This document shows positions 12,900-27,300 of a stretch of DNA of 64,000 nt, piece by piece. Location of the stretch: the NCBI GenBank assembly GCA_002633005.1, contig NMRA01000095.1:48805-112804 (forward strand), in the 5' to 3' direction. Origin of the DNA: Phoronis australis. Lineage: Eukaryota; Animalia; Phoronida. The notes under the pieces were generated by a model. That model was not told where the DNA came from and ran no database searches. It saw only the letters and a program-made list of their open reading frames with translations. The translations under genes were made by a program, and so were the position numbers. How positions within the stretch are numbered: the stretch's first letter is position 1; each line of letters begins with the position of its first letter.

Positions 12900-13024
12900 A
12901 GCTTTAGCCAATATCTCTTTTATGACAGACCTCAGAGTCTTAATTTTTTCTATTTCAATCGCCCGTTTTTTCACGAAAACAAACTTAAGACTCTGAATTC
13001 TTAAAAGAAATATTAACTAACGCT
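12900..13024. repeat. Imperfect inverted repeat (foldback), about 40-bp arms
   Basis: GCTTTAGCCAATATCTCTTTTA...TCAGAGTCTTAA pairs with TTAAGACTCTGA...TAAAAGAAATATTAACTAACGC. Confidence 0.7.
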
Positions 13025-16000
13025 TCTTACAACAATTAAATTATTCTACTTCGAACTTGTCTTACCCAGAGCAACAACCTTTTTCAAGAAGCTTTTGAGT
13101 ACTACTTTTCTTTAATTTGCAAAAATGATGTATAGTATTAATAGCTTATAGTACGTAGCAATTGCAACAGTATTGTGTAAATGTGACCTGAAGTTTTGTC
13201 CTTGACCTGCCATAGGGTACACAATTCAAATGTTACCGAACATTTGCTAACTGCAATGATTGGACACTTTAAACAAAAAATCTTAGACTACCCTATTTTT
13301 AGTGACTTGTTTTGCGAGTTAAAAATAATCTGCGTATTAAAAGTGCTGGCAAAACAATTAAATTTTCTAGTTTGATTTCAGGGGCAGTGTTGCACCATGC
13401 CGCAGTGATAGAGACATTAAAACACATCTGGTGGTGCCTCACCACTCTCACTGTCTTCAATCCATGGAACACGTTTCCAAACATGTGATAGCAGACCTGT
13501 GTCCGCCTCCTTCCTTATCGGCAGTGTCAAAGTCTATTGTTCTTCATGTTTTGTATCGTTTGCTATATGGACTGCATTTTTGTGCCAACATATCCATATT
13601 GCAGCTGTCTGGTATTTCACGAATGATTTTGTATTTGGGAGGTGATGGATGACGTCTTTTGATTCCAAGACTGGCCCTGCATGTCCAGCGACATGTTTAA
13701 TACTGCACACTCCACGAGACTGTTGAATATTTTCAAAATTAAGAGTCCTATCTTGATTAGGTTTGCTCTGTGTTTTCTTTTTTATTAACCGAGGGAATTT
13801 AAAGAAGGAGTGATGTCATACTGACTGCACGTAGAGTATGTACATATGTTGAGACGATGCCGATTTTATACAATTACCTATTATTCTTATTTTAGTGTAT
13901 ACTAAACAGCCTTGCTTGAAATGTAGTCGCGTATTTACGGTACTTCAACACTTTACTTTGTTGCTGTACATGAACATGTATATAAAGACACGCGTAAGAT
14001 ATTTTTTGAACAATGCAATAAAATTGGGAAGTTTGCTGTATTCTTGTTTGAAACTCTTTGTAGTGTGTTCACGTTTTACAAGTCAAGAATTATACACGTA
14101 CATGCCGCGACATAAAAACCACGTCTCTTGGTAGACATGTGTAGCTTTCTCATGCAGAACTGCCAATTTCGCTTCCTATTGCAATCGCAATTACCATGTC
14201 GACTTAAAAGGTATGAATTGTGTTGTCTTCGTCAGCCGATATTCCACACTGGCTATTAAAGTAGTTCTACATAAGCCTTTCTCACAAAAGGGTTTGTAGT
14301 AATTAAAATTAAGAAGGGCAGACTGGGTTCTAAGACAAAACGCTTACTCGAGCCAATTCAGTTGTCATTACCGTTGTACACATGTATTGCCAGACTAACG
14401 CATTGTGTTGTGACGTTCTAGTCTCAAGATCAAGGTGTTTCATTGAAATTAGAATCCCGGTGTTTATCAAAGATATTCCGGAGCTGGAAAGACATCCGCA
14501 TCTTGAAAACAGCTACGAGCTCAAAAACAAACTTTAAAACACGTACCCCACATCACTTTGAAACAAGAACACCGGGAATCGGATAAGAAACCCGGACAAT
14601 TGTTCAATTTTTTAAAATGATGTTAGTAGCCTCAAACATCAGTTGTTCTCTGCATTTGTTTGTGAGTTTTTTTTTTCAATAACAAAACGTAACTTACATG
14701 TATATTATATTGAATTTGTTATTGTACAGCGCACGCTAACGCCATTTATTATTTTACAATGATTTCTGTCGGGTACAGTGTACACACCTACGAGTGAAAC
14801 AGATTCTTAAGAATAAACACTTTTTTCGCAAGAGATCACTCCCATTTTCTCACATTAGTAAAACACATATTTAAAGTAGAAGCATGATTGATACTTTCAT
14901 CAAAATGCGAAATGGATACATGTTGTTTGAACACAAAGAATGGTGCTTTGATATTAATTTGTTTTCTTGATATAATGTTTGACAGAAAGTGTCGGAGTGA
15001 TTTTTCAGTCCCCGTGTGTCCTGTTCGATTCCACGGGATCCTGTTTTAAAAGTCGGGGTTCGTGTTTTTTTCCAGCTGGTTAGCTGTTTTTTGAAGTTGC
15101 TGTAGTCTAAATTAATTATCATTTCAGTTTAAGGCATATTTTGTATCTTTCATTAATATTTTGAAGTTGTTCTTAGCTATTCCTATAAACGTGAACCATT
15201 TTGAAAATAATTCCCAAAATATTTATAGAGCACTACATATACATGAAGCGCACTGCTTGACAGTGTTAAATTAATCTTATTAGCCATTTCTGATATATGA
15301 TGCTTCAAGTTCATCCAAACTGCGACAAGAACTTTCTGGGGGTATTGCTCCGTTGCTAATACACTAATGTCCATCATTGTCAGTTTGCCCAAAGCGCTTC
15401 GCACTTGTGAGTGTCTGAAATGTGACTTGTTCTTATTGCTTAGTTTACACCGCCCGATCCTCACTGCACCGCGCTTGCTTTTTGAAGTGTTCTACTATTC
15501 ATTGCGTTACAATCGTTTATGGTCAATTAGCCTCAGTAAAACAATCATTCAAAAAATCAATCAAATATTGTTTGAGTACCGAGGCGTGTACCACGAGAGT
15601 AGATACATAAGACAGTGTCTCTACAACCCCTGTCTTCTATTCTCTCACATCCCCACTTCCCTTTGACTGGATCATGTGCCAGTCGCGCATTCCCTGCTCG
15701 TTTTTCACTTATCAGACAATAGTTTTTATCCCGATTCAATTTTGAAGAATAGATGTACCCTTCCATGGACATTTTATCATCTGCAGACTTGGTATACTAT
15801 TTTTGCGAATGTTTTGGTGAATTAAAAACTGCAGTACTGCGTTAGGCACCTACATGTTCCGTCTGAAGGTATCAATTCTATTGTTCTTTGTAGTCTATTT
15901 TAGTCGAATGACGAAAGGTATGCAGACTTAACGTGTGTGTTATTGGTTTAGAATTCAGCACTTCACACGAAAACGCCACATGTTTAATTTTGCAAAACGG

Positions 16001-18829
16001 TGTGTACATATTTCAAAGCAATGAACTACACTGTATACTCCTGGTATAGTTCATTGTTAAAAGTAAACAAGGAAATCCGGTGGCCAAAATGTTACCCAAT
16101 ACAACTCCAGTCTGGTCAAAAGATCGTTGTACACGTAAACCTGTGTTCTTTCACAGAGGTCGTAACACAAACAAACCGTTTACGTTTGTGGGAATTTTCG
16201 CTCTGGTTACGTAACACGCGTACAAGGAAACGCTCACGTGAAAAGCTCTTCTGTTGTTCATCTACTTAACAAACTCTCCTTCTTCACATGGTGAGTGGAT
16301 GATGTAAAAACTCCCAAGTAATCATAAGGAAATGCGCTTAACACCAAATACTAGCAACATTCATTGTCACCTACAAAATACAAAATATGTATCTTTCGTA
16401 CTGGCACACACCAGTGACGGACAATTCAGTTGAAATGATTTGAAATTGAAAGGGACTATTAATCCTTATAACATCACAAAAAGTTTTGATTTAGATGACA
16501 AAACTCACGGCATTGGTATCAATTTGTTCTTTTAGTTAAAATTGATGTCAATAGGAGTTCAAAAGAAAAGACTGCTCTATAGGGAAATCACACTTTGCAC
16601 ACCCAGATAGATACCACTTTCCTCTGATAAAGGAAGTGGAATATTAGTAATTCAAAAGTTCACTTCTTAGACGGAACGCAGGTTTCTCCGATTAGAACCA
16701 CAAAAAGAACCTATACGCCGTTTTATAGCACTGGCATGGCTGCTATAACAAGGTAGTGTTACAATGCTTACGTAACACGTGTTACCTCACTGCCTACGGA
16801 ATTTCGTGCCAGTGTTTTGCATTATTTGAAACCTCTTATACTGTTTATTAGCCATGGCCAAATTTCCTCGTGAGGCCAAAGGAGATTGAGAGCTACTTGC
16901 GTTACGCAACTTCTGTCTGGGTCATGATGTGCTTCCTTCTATCACACAAAATAATATTTGGGAGGCAAAGTCTCCCCAGTAAAGAAATAGCCAAGACGGA
17001 AACAAACTTCGGGATATCACATCGTCCACGAATTCGATGCTTGAAAACGAGGTGTTGTGTACACACTATAAAATAATGATTCGGTATGTTTGGAGCAGGC
17101 GCAGTTTCACGTGCGCGCTGTTAAGATTGATGCTAAAAAGAGCAATCATTTTGGCAGCTTTACCGAAGTGTGCAGTGACTAATAACTGCCTCTCCTACAG
17201 GAAGCTGTATTACCGATCAGGCAGAGAAAAACTGAAGATGATACAAATCGTTTTTTTTTTGTAAAAACAAGAAACTGATTAATCCTCATGGGAGAAAACT
17301 TTAAACAGTGGTTCAATAAATGTCCATATAGTCACACCAGATAACCATCAAATGTATTGATCTTCACAGACAGGTGATTCAACAATAAGTTGCAAATATC
17401 GTCATTTCAATGAATGAATTTATCAAAGGTAAAATTGCCCCACCTGGACTTCGAACACATTTTGTTGTTTGGACAAGGGTCTGTTCAAGCGCATGATGCT
17501 AATTAATCTTTCCCCTCGCCCGCCGTAGCTTTCTTTCGGGTCACTTCGCATTACATTGAGTATAATTTTCTAACACAAGTCAACTGTGAAACGTCTCTTC
17601 TTGTAAATACATCTCCAGAAAGTTTCATCATTCCGTTAAACAGAACCATTCAACAACTGCCACTATGTTTAAGAATTTGACAAAAGCTTAGTCGCTGCTC
17701 AAGAAAACATGTCGGGGTCCGAGTATGCAGGGATTCTTCCGTAGAACACGAGTTTTGATAAACAACCTTTTATTTTTGCAATAAATTTTAATATAAACTG
17801 GATAACATTCATTTTTATTTGTAGTGTGAGGAGGGCAATTTACATTTGAGTCTACGATATGCGAATGATTTATCTAAAAAGAAACAGTAGCCATGAGAGG
17901 TTAACAGGAAGAGTGAACTCAAGTCTTACTATGAGCTCTCAATTACATGTATGGCAAATATTTGCATGAATTGCTGTTTGATATTGTGACACACACATCT
18001 GGAAGGTGTCCACAAAAATGAGACCAGTGTGTATTTAAGTTACATTAATTTGCTAAAAAATCGTCGGTACTTTACTCTTATACAGTCACTGACTGTTTTA
18101 AAGAGAAATGAATTACCACAAGAATAAATTAACATATCTTCATGGATTTTTGCAGTTTATGAACTTTATGTTTTAAAACTATTTTCAGAATTTATCTATC
18201 GACTTATGAAACATGAGAACCACCACATTGGTTCATCAATGTTCACCAAAATACCACCCAGTCATAACGTCATTGTCATTGCCTTGATGTAATTTACATG
18301 CACAACAATCATGGGGCACAACCGTTCATTTTCTTGTAATTATAATATTTCTTGATCAAGCGTACTCAAGTCAGTACCATCTGTCTTGAACAAACTAATT
18401 CTCACTTCTGCTGCACTTAAAAGCGTTTCTACTGCGAGGGGGGAAACTACAGTTGCAGTTCTAGCGTATATAATGCACGTAGTTCCCGGTACCATACGTT
18501 AAATCCTTACGGCTAACCTATTGCTGTCCAGTCAAATTACGCATCGCACTGAACATTTTTTCTAACTTCACATTGACGTCATTTATCATCAAAAATTTGC
18601 AAGGTCGGGACCATAACTGAATTCACAATAGAATTGCATTGCACTCAAGTTTTCCCGTCACCCTGGCGTTCATCTGACTTAGCTTGTGGAAGTGGTGTGG
18701 GAAGACATCTTTGAATAAAATGATGAAAGCAGTATTTTTTCATTTCTACCATTTCATATAACCATATTTGAGATGCAGTTTTCAACACTCAGGAACGACG
18801 AACACATACACGCACACACACTGTTTATG

Positions 18830-20874
18830 TATCGATAATGATTCTTCGATTATTGGTTTAAATAATGAACCAGAAATGTTGATGAATGAATGTCGCAAGC
18901 AAATTCAGTTTACACCATGCACTGCCCACATGTTGAACAGTTGAATCACTTCTATTAGTCAGAAGAACCGGTGCATAACATGGATTTTTAGTCAGTTTTT
19001 AATGAAATTATTACTTTTCATGAAGTTGATAAGTGTATGAATGACATGAAATTGGGTAAAGTTGCTCGAAATCATTGTATTTCGTTGTAATTTCTCAAAT
19101 TCGCATCAACCGCATTTAAACAGTCTCTCGTCTGTATAATAAAATGTTTGATAAGGGGAATTACCGGTCTCAATGGAATTCAAGTATTACAGTCCCGGTG
19201 TTTAAGTCTGGAAATAAGAATGACTCAGCCCAGATACAAAGAAATCACACTGTTACAGGTGGCTCTCAATATATTTGCGCGGTTGTTATGTAACTGACTC
19301 CATTCATGGACGGATTCGAACAATACTGTGTGTAGGACTCAAGTTGGTTTCAGGAAGGGGTATTCCACAGTGGATAACATGTTTATTCTAGGTACACTAA
19401 TAAACAAATATCTATTGAAAAATAGAGACCGGTTAAACTGTCTTTTTGTCGACTTTAAAAAAGCATTCGACTGGGTCTGGCGAGAGGGTTTTAAGTATAA
19501 ACTGTATAATTTTGGAAAATATGGAAAAATGCATAAAATTCTAAACAGTACATGTATGTATGAAAACGTGAAGTCTTGCGTCTCGTTGATTGAGGATGGT
19601 TACGTAACCGATTTCTTCCAATGTACGATTGGTGTGAGACAAGGGTGCCAATATCTCTCCCTTTCGCTTCTCGCTATTTATAAATTATTTAGAAAATGAT
19701 TTATAAAATGTTCAGGGATCGTGTGTAAATATTGGAATATTCTATTGATATTTGTTGTTGTTTACCATGATTTGGTTCTCGTCGCTGAAACCGCCTTGCA
19801 CAGATTACTTACCAAACTAGAAGAATATTGTATTAAATGGAAGCTTCATGTGGAAGACAACAATTATAGTCTTCAGAAAAGGGGTGATACTTGAGAAATT
19901 ATGAAAAGTGGAAATTATTTGGCGAGATTGTACAAACGACGTCAGAGTATAACTATTTGGGTGCGAAGGCGCAGAAAACGTTAGCTGACAAAGTGGCACA
20001 GGCTATTTTGTACTAAAAAGCACATGTTTAAATACAATGACTTTTCAGTGTAAATGTGGTTTAAAGTGTTTGACACAAAAATATTACCGATCTTGTTGTA
20101 TGGTTCTGAGATTTGGGGATTTCACCCAGCACAAGACTTAGAAATCGACATAATTAGGTAAATTTTGTTGGGACTTGGTCAGCATGTGTCAAACGCTGCA
20201 ATGATGGGGAGCTTGGTAGAGTGACAATGAAGGTACATCTACTGTTGAGAATTGTTAAATACAGGTTAAAGGTTATCAAATTATGTTAGTGTGCTATAAT
20301 GTGCAATATGAAATGGCTGGGCAAAATAAGTCTTGCTGGGCTCTAAATGTTAAACGATTGGCATTTGCTTATGGTTTTGGAGTTGTTTGGATACAACAAG
20401 GTGTGTGCGATGCTGCCTCATTTATAAGCGAATTTAAACAACGATGCTTTGATATTGACATCCAGGGTTGGGACGACAATATGTTTTCTCTATCGCTAGT
20501 TATTTATAAAATAGTTAAATGTAATTTTATAGTAGAAAAATACGTAACGTCTCTAGAAAATAGTTTTTACAGAGTAGCCTTCGCAAGATTTAGATGCTCG
20601 GCACATTCATTAATGATTGTTCAGGGAATCTTTAGTGGACTTGATACAGAGGAGAGAATATGTCCCTGCTGTGGAATAGATAGTTTTCATAATTTTTTAC
20701 AGACTCATGATTTAACTGTCCTGAAAAAAGTTGCTAGATATTTAATTGATGAGGAAAAATGTCGAAATGATTTCCTTGATATGAATTAGTTTAGATTTGA
20801 AAAATCTTGAAGTGTCTAATAGTATGTGTTGTATATTTGTAATGTGGGCCGGAGGCCTGTTACATGAAATAAAC
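18830..20874 (+). mobile_element. Decayed RTE/RTEX-type LINE (RT and C-terminal region), 5'-truncated
   Basis: QVGFRKGYSTVDNMF, FVDFKKAFD, GVRQGC, ILLYGSEIWG, RFRCSAHSL and ERICPCC occur in order across broken frames. 3' end near AATAAA at about 20868. The clade call rests on the GVRQGC and YGSEIWG motifs. Confidence 0.9.
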
Positions 20875-21455
20875 ATAGATGTACATATTCCATACTACAG
20901 TACATAGTCGTTTATTAGTAAAGTGAATATACTCTCTATACGTACAGTAATGGAGCCACATTTTCAGACGTCTGTCCACGTTAACATATGTAATTCATTG
21001 GAATCAAACGAGTGCATGGTAGCACTGCAAACAATACAGCCATCCAAGGAAAAACACACCAGCCAATTCTGCGCATTTTTGTCAAACCACAAATCCGCCC
21101 TGTTCACCGGTATTAAAGCACAAAAAATGCGTCGCCCATAATACCCGCAAATCAGCTGAACACGTTTTCCCTTTACAACGACGTTTCGTAACACATGTAG
21201 GTAAGTAGCTTATCGTGTGATAGCAGTAAATATGGAACTTCGGCAAGAGAACACACGTGTTCGATTTACAAATGTCTGATTGGGGATAAACGATAATCAA
21301 CTAGAAGTGATATGACTAGCGTAAATCGAACAATGCACCTTCATGATGTTATTTTTGGTATAAAGACAAGTTTAGGAACTGTATATACATCCAAACAATA
21401 CATGCAATAGGTGAAGAAGAGTCCCGTGGCTTTCATGCGCTACAACAATCTTAAT

Positions 21456-21593
21456 CAGTGGCAGATTTAAGGGGCCCCCTAAAATTTTCTCAGATTCTAT
21501 TGGGCAGTTCAGGGATGAGAATTTCTGGTGGGAAAAATAGTGGCTAATGCTATGCCGTAGCCACCCGAACTCAAAATACTGGGCAAACCCCTG
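21456..21593. mobile_element. Short MITE-like dispersed repeat (copy 2)
   Basis: CAGTGGCAGATT...GGCAAACCCCTG ends; homologous to 11585-11725. Confidence 0.6.
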
Positions 21594-23550
21594 TTACTTG
21601 TGTTTCCTTTGGAATCTTGATAAATCACTACAAGGCATAACATATAAAACCCTATGTCTTACTACCAGAATTGACATCTCTTTAATTACTCCCACCCCCG
21701 TATTTGAGTGATCGGCACTCTTTCTTTGTTCACCTGTCTCGAAATTTTCCAAGCTCTGGAAGCGGGGTTTTGAATAGTGTGACAGGGAGTCCGTGGGCGC
21801 ATGCGTCAAAAAGTTGTGGGCACGCTTATTTCACACATGGCATTCTGCAAGCCGGTAGATGTCCCACAAAAATTATCACTCCTCCTGATTTTAGCCAATA
21901 TTAACGTGGAACTTTTGGCGAACGAAATTTCATACCCATGTAGGTAAAAGTCCACACATACATAGAGATATATATGCATGTACAGATACACGCATTTTAT
22001 GTCTGTGTATTTGTGTGTTCGCGTGCACGTGCGTGTGTTTATACAATCAAAGGTATGTACATGACTCAGAAATTTATGATCGGATTCACATACTCTACGG
22101 TTTACGAGCTATTCTCCTAAACGGTGATAACAATTGTTTTCAAATATTTCGACTTTTGCATGAGAGGCTCTCGAAAAATTCGTAATCTATTTGATTATTT
22201 CTTACAATTTAGCGATTTTTGATCACAGTAATAGCGAATTTGGGATCTTGTTTACCTTTATATTTGATGGTGTTATTGATGTCAATGTTGTGCAATGAAT
22301 GGAATTTGGTTTTTATAAATTTTACTAAGAAGGCGGACTCACAGGATCCAATTAATATGAGGTTAAGAAAAGCTAAATCTCAAATTATCTAGGCTTTCTA
22401 CTTTCAAAACCTAGATATTTGGCTAAGAACAGACTAGTCTACACGATCCTACATAATCTTAAAACTCCCATACTCATAATCATTCTCAGTTACTAGTTGA
22501 ATTTCCATTCTCGAAATCTTTAGCTTTGCCACGTTGTTCCAAACCTGCATTCACTTCCTGCATAGACATAAGAGAACGTCTTTTCTCACATGACCTGGAA
22601 TGTGTTACGACATGATTGGTTAACAACACCGAGTACGTATATTATTATGTTGCATGAGCAAAGCACAAAGTAGTGCAAAGTAGAAATCCATACGCCTGAG
22701 ATTTTATCGTCAGCAAAACACTAAAACAACCTAACGCGCCAACCAACCAATGCCGGAATTTCGAGAAAGTTATGATAGACAATAAGGTGTCGTCAAGCCT
22801 CGGGATTTTGACGAAATTTCCAAGAGGTTTTACCCATGTCATTAACCCGAGACTCGTGTAGGATATTTTCTATTTCTATACTTACACTTTAATTTACTGT
22901 CGCTTCATTATAGTCAGAAATTCATAAAGCGGATTTTAACGCAAAAAAAAATCTATCGAAACTTACGCCCAAACAATGCTCATACAACACAACAGCAAAT
23001 GTTTTCAAATTTTTAGTTGATGCAGCACCATGATTTTCATCTACAGTATACAAATTCCTCTACAGTTGCAACCCCTAAATCAAATACAGTATCATTCATC
23101 TCATGAGTAGCTGAGGAAAAGACAAGTTAAATTTTTGGAATAAAGCCATATAAGGTGAATATGTTAGCAAGATAGCGATAGGTCTCTGTCCATTCTCTAC
23201 TATAAAAGCTATACTTTTTGAGAAAAAACTTCATACATTTTTTCACCCAAGCTTTGACTTGATGTCATTCGATTCTTTTAATAAACTGGGTACATTTACA
23301 TTTACATTTATCAGAATTTTCTGACGGGACCAAATATACTCAATGAGCCTGGGCGTAAGCAAGAAAAGTCCTCCAGCAGTAGTAGAGTTACCGAAACCCC
23401 TGTTAGACGTGGCTAAACGAAACTGCATTTGTTACGTCATTTAAATAAACAAGTTGCGTTGCCGACCCAAGCTGACGGTTCATTTCCTTGAAAGCTTAAA
23501 TTGATATCATTCGGTTTCCTGGTTGAAGTCACAGTGAGTTATCAACAGCG

Positions 23551-23611
23551 ATGGCAGCAAGATTTGTAGCCCAAGCGATATTTTGTTGTGTATTGATAAC
23601 TATCACGGCAG
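23551..23611 (+). CDS. Gene B (VWDE-like membrane protein) exon 1: signal peptide
   Basis: MAARFVAQAIFCCVLITITA-G|gtaag. Hydrophobic N-terminus; the phase-1 donor matches the next exon. Confidence 0.8.
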
Positions 23612-25422
23612 GTAAGATGTTTGCTTTTAAAAACTCTTAGATTGGAATACAAATGAGTGCAACATCAATAATATAATAATATTAAACTCGCCAAGTTCGT
23701 TCTTTCAGTTTTCGTAATTTTGAAAGTAACTGCTATCAGCCAATTCATGTACACCGTCAACTAATCAACGTCTGCCACTTACGTAATCACCGGACGGGAA
23801 AACAACGAAATCATTGATATTTCTTTAATGTTGAAGATTCCTCAATTATTCCCAAAATAAGTGCTTGTTTAGCTAGATTTTGTGTTTAACATGATCGAAA
23901 ATGTCAAAAAGTGCAAAAGTCTATTGTTGTCACGTTTTCATATGTTCATAAAGCAAAACAAATGTCAGCTGCACTTTTGCTATGGGGGAGAATTGGTATA
24001 CCTTCAGGTGGAAAATCAGAGAACATATTAATTCTTTTCATTTCTTCGTGCCGAAAACGATCTTTCAAGAACAACAAAAAAGCCGAATGAATCTTTTCCT
24101 TTGGAAGACACTTGAAACTCAAATGATGGAAATGACGGTAGAAGTGCAGACTAATTTTCTTTGAAAGACAAACTGGTGCTATCATACTTGCCTTTCTAGA
24201 TCCTGAGGAAAGGTAAACTATGGCATTTCTATTGTTTTCGTGGATGAATTTGTGAAATTTATTGCGCTACAAAAGGCGCCTTCCTATTGTCCTCATGCTT
24301 AGTACGTGACCACTCGCTACTACGAGGTGCGAGTAGTAGTGATAACAACGACTCACCTGTGAACACTACTGCACATACATGTAGTGTACCTAATTATCGG
24401 ACGGACCCTAAATATCGGACATAAAATACAATCTTACTTGAAGTGCAATCTGAGAAATGAATGACCAATTCTTATTCCGCTGTAATGCATTCAATGTCCG
24501 GCACTGTCTCGTTTTTTCTAGCGTTTCCTCGTTTTGATTTCACTAAGAGAGGGTGCAATTTAGACCCTTAAGTCGACCTAAAGTAGACGATCTCCTTAAT
24601 CGGTTATAAAATTTGAAACCATCTCATTGAATTGACAATGTGTCACTGTTTTATTTTTCATTTGTTTTTTAAACTCAAGTCAAACCCCAGCAGTGCACGA
24701 GCGGATGTCATATCAAGAAGGCAAAGAAATACTAAAAATTGCAGTGTGTTTGCACGTGCTTTAGTCGTCTGCACTGATTCATCGAAATGTCTTGGCGCTG
24801 TCACCAGGTTTCATTTTATGCTTAATTTTGTTGCGAATGGAGCTGTGTTCTAGCAGCATATATTATGTCAAAACACTCGAGCTGAAACTTGGCTACAAGG
24901 TGCCCGCGGCCGGCATTACTCGGTTATTCAGCTTTCCGCGGTGTGCCGTATGGGAAACACGGTGTCCGATATTAAAGTTCTCAAAGGTTTGTTAGTTGTG
25001 TTTTTTAAAGATCAGTCATAACATAAACGTAGCATTCGGTGAACAGATATAGTAACAGAACAATTTCGTAAAGTTAGGTCTTTACATCAGCAAAGAATTC
25101 ACAACAATCCGTAGTATTATATTTTCAATTAAGTATAATGCAAAATGTGCCAAAACGTTCTTGACTGTACTGCAATCCTTGGTACATGTACTATGAACGT
25201 CGCCTCTGAACAACTGCGGTGAAATCGTTACGACATCTGCGATGCGAATGCTCATGAACACTATTGTCCTGCAATGAAATGCAGCAATAATCAAGCCTGT
25301 CAGTTTTTAGTTTTCCAAATCCAGTTGTAGTGCGGAATTTGAGACGGAATCTTTAAACAGGTGTCGTGAGTACATGGTTTCCTCTATATTTGTGTCATTA
25401 AAAATCACAAATGTTATTGCAG

Positions 25423-25632
25423 GTGGTGCACAGCAATGTCCAGCGTACGTTACGCTGAAGAATCAAGAGTTTAGGAATACCTTTTATGGACCTGGTGTTG
25501 CAGACACATTGCATTGTGACAGGTCTCTCGTGCCGGGCTGGTACCGCTTCCAGTCGTTAGCTGGCAGCACAGTGCCAACTTCTTGTGTCGAGCTCTATCA
25601 CTGTGGTACTAAATATCCAGTGTGGATGACGG
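25423..25632 (+). CDS. Gene B exon 2: D8C (UMOD/GP2/OIT3-like) module, N-half
   Basis: ttgcag|...|gtaag, phase 1-1. Encodes CDRSLVPGWYRF...PTSCVELYHCGTKYPVWM. Confidence 0.93.
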
Positions 25633-26302
25633 GTAAGTTGTGATAGTTCTCGCCTCTGGCATATTACAGCTTTTCATCTGACACGTCATGCATTACTTAG
25701 GGAGATTAGATTCCGATTCGATGGCGTTCCAGTGAGGAGAACTCGTATATTTTACTCGTTCACCCCAAAGAAGCAGAGATCTTGTGCTGGGGCTGATTTG
25801 GTTAAGCAAAGCAACTAACATTTTTTGCTGTCAAGAGAAGACGGGTGTCATATTTTATTGTGTGTTAATAGAAGCCTCATATTTGACCCCTACTTTTCCA
25901 AATCTTTATAATACAAAGTTATATGTTTATAAGAAAACATCAAAAATTGTATCAAGTAAAATCTAATGACAACCAATTACAGTAAAAGTCATTTAGTTTA
26001 CGACACACTATGACTGACGAGTGGTGCTATTTATTCTCATATTTAACAAAATCGATTATTGGGGACAAATAAAACAACAAGAATAATGTAGATTTTAAGT
26101 TGTATTGGGAATTTCAGGGTCACAGCTCTACAAATAAATATTTCACAGAAGGAACCAGATGGGTTCCTTAATTACAAGAGATAACACACACATTTCCGAT
26201 ACCCANGAAAACTTCATTTTAAGTGAAATGTGTAAAACTTACATTTCAGCTATCATCTACGCTCATTACAAATGTGAACACAGTGATTGTAATCTCTTGC
26301 AG

Positions 26303-26509
26303 GAGAAATACCTTCCGTAGAAGATGGCACGGTAACGCGAACGTTTTGCGTAATGGGGAACAACTTTAATTGTGAGGTTTGCAAAACGTATGGAGATGTT
26401 TGTTGCGCTGAAAAATTACAAATTGAAGTGCGCAACTGCAGTTCCTCAGAAGAACATGTCCTCTACAATTTACCGAGAGTATCTGGTTGTCCTGCAGCAT
26501 TTTGTGCGG
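26303..26509 (+). CDS. Gene B exon 3: D8C module, C-half
   Basis: cttgcag|...|gtacgt, phase 1-1. Encodes EIPSVEDGTVTRTFCVMGNNFNCEVCKTYGDVCCAEKLQIEVRNCSSSEEHVLYNLPRVSGCPAAFCA. Missed by the ORF track. Confidence 0.92.
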
Positions 26510-26841
26510 GTACGTATTGACCAAAGTGGCTTTCCTTCTTGTAAAGCGTGAGAAATTAGTATTTTGCCATACAGTGTATTTTAATCGAATACCATACATG
26601 TAATTGCAGATATTCGTTTGTATTTTATTAGTCATTACGGCGGTTTTGGACACTGACTTCATCACGCATGTCCAAAATCACGTCAAATGTACCGTTGTTA
26701 GCTGTTGTGTTAACGCCCTCAGACGCGCTCGGTTGTTTCATGCATTGAGTCTACACTGCGTTGCCTGATCATGTCGTACTTATACATGCAAAACTCTAAC
26801 TGATGTACCGCACAAGACACCAGAAAATCTAAACCCTTTAA

Positions 26842-27300
26842 AGGAGAATGCCACCCGAATTAATTAGTCTTTTTTACCGTCTTAATCGGTCTAATATTCA
26901 CATCGACTCTTATACGGTCCACCTCACCTTGCCGATAGGTGTCGTGTTAACCTGTGAGGAAGGTGAGAAGCGACGTCAGTGGCTCGTCTGCAGAGTGAAT
27001 GCCGCTATATTGTGGTTCATCGGTTTTTGAACTATGGAGCTGCGAAGAAAGCGGGTATATCGTTTTTCGACAGCCTCGAGAGCCCAGAATGCTTAGGTAA
27101 TGACTCGCGGTAGTGAAGAATGAAAGGTATGCTGTTAATAGCAAGTATGAGGACGTGAAACATCTCCGTGTCTGTGACCGGCACTTCGTCGACTTTGATT
27201 TCCCTGACGAGTTCCGGCTTACCAAAGAACTTTACATACGTTCCGTTGCCAGTGCATGTTCACGGCGCCTCTCTAGTATTGCTTGATCAGTGCATTCCGG
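26842..27300 (+). pseudogene. Decayed THAP-domain ORF near a putative DNA-transposon left end (Kolobok-like)
   Basis: From ATG 26999: MPLYC...(frameshift)NYGAAKKAGISFF...PREPRMLR**LAVVKNERY...KHLRVCDRHFVDFDF...RRL, the THAP C...P...W...C..HF pattern with stops. Preceded by TTAA|AGGAGAATGCCACCC at 26838. No matching right TIR found. Confidence 0.7.

Noticed and set aside
17250-18720. Possible decayed CACTA-like transposase on the minus strand
   Set aside because: Only vague residue patterns among many stops; not supportable by eye.
24375-24975. Pogo-like MITE suggested by ATCGGAC/GTCCGAT motifs
   Set aside because: Only a short inverted match; no full right TIR or TA TSD found.
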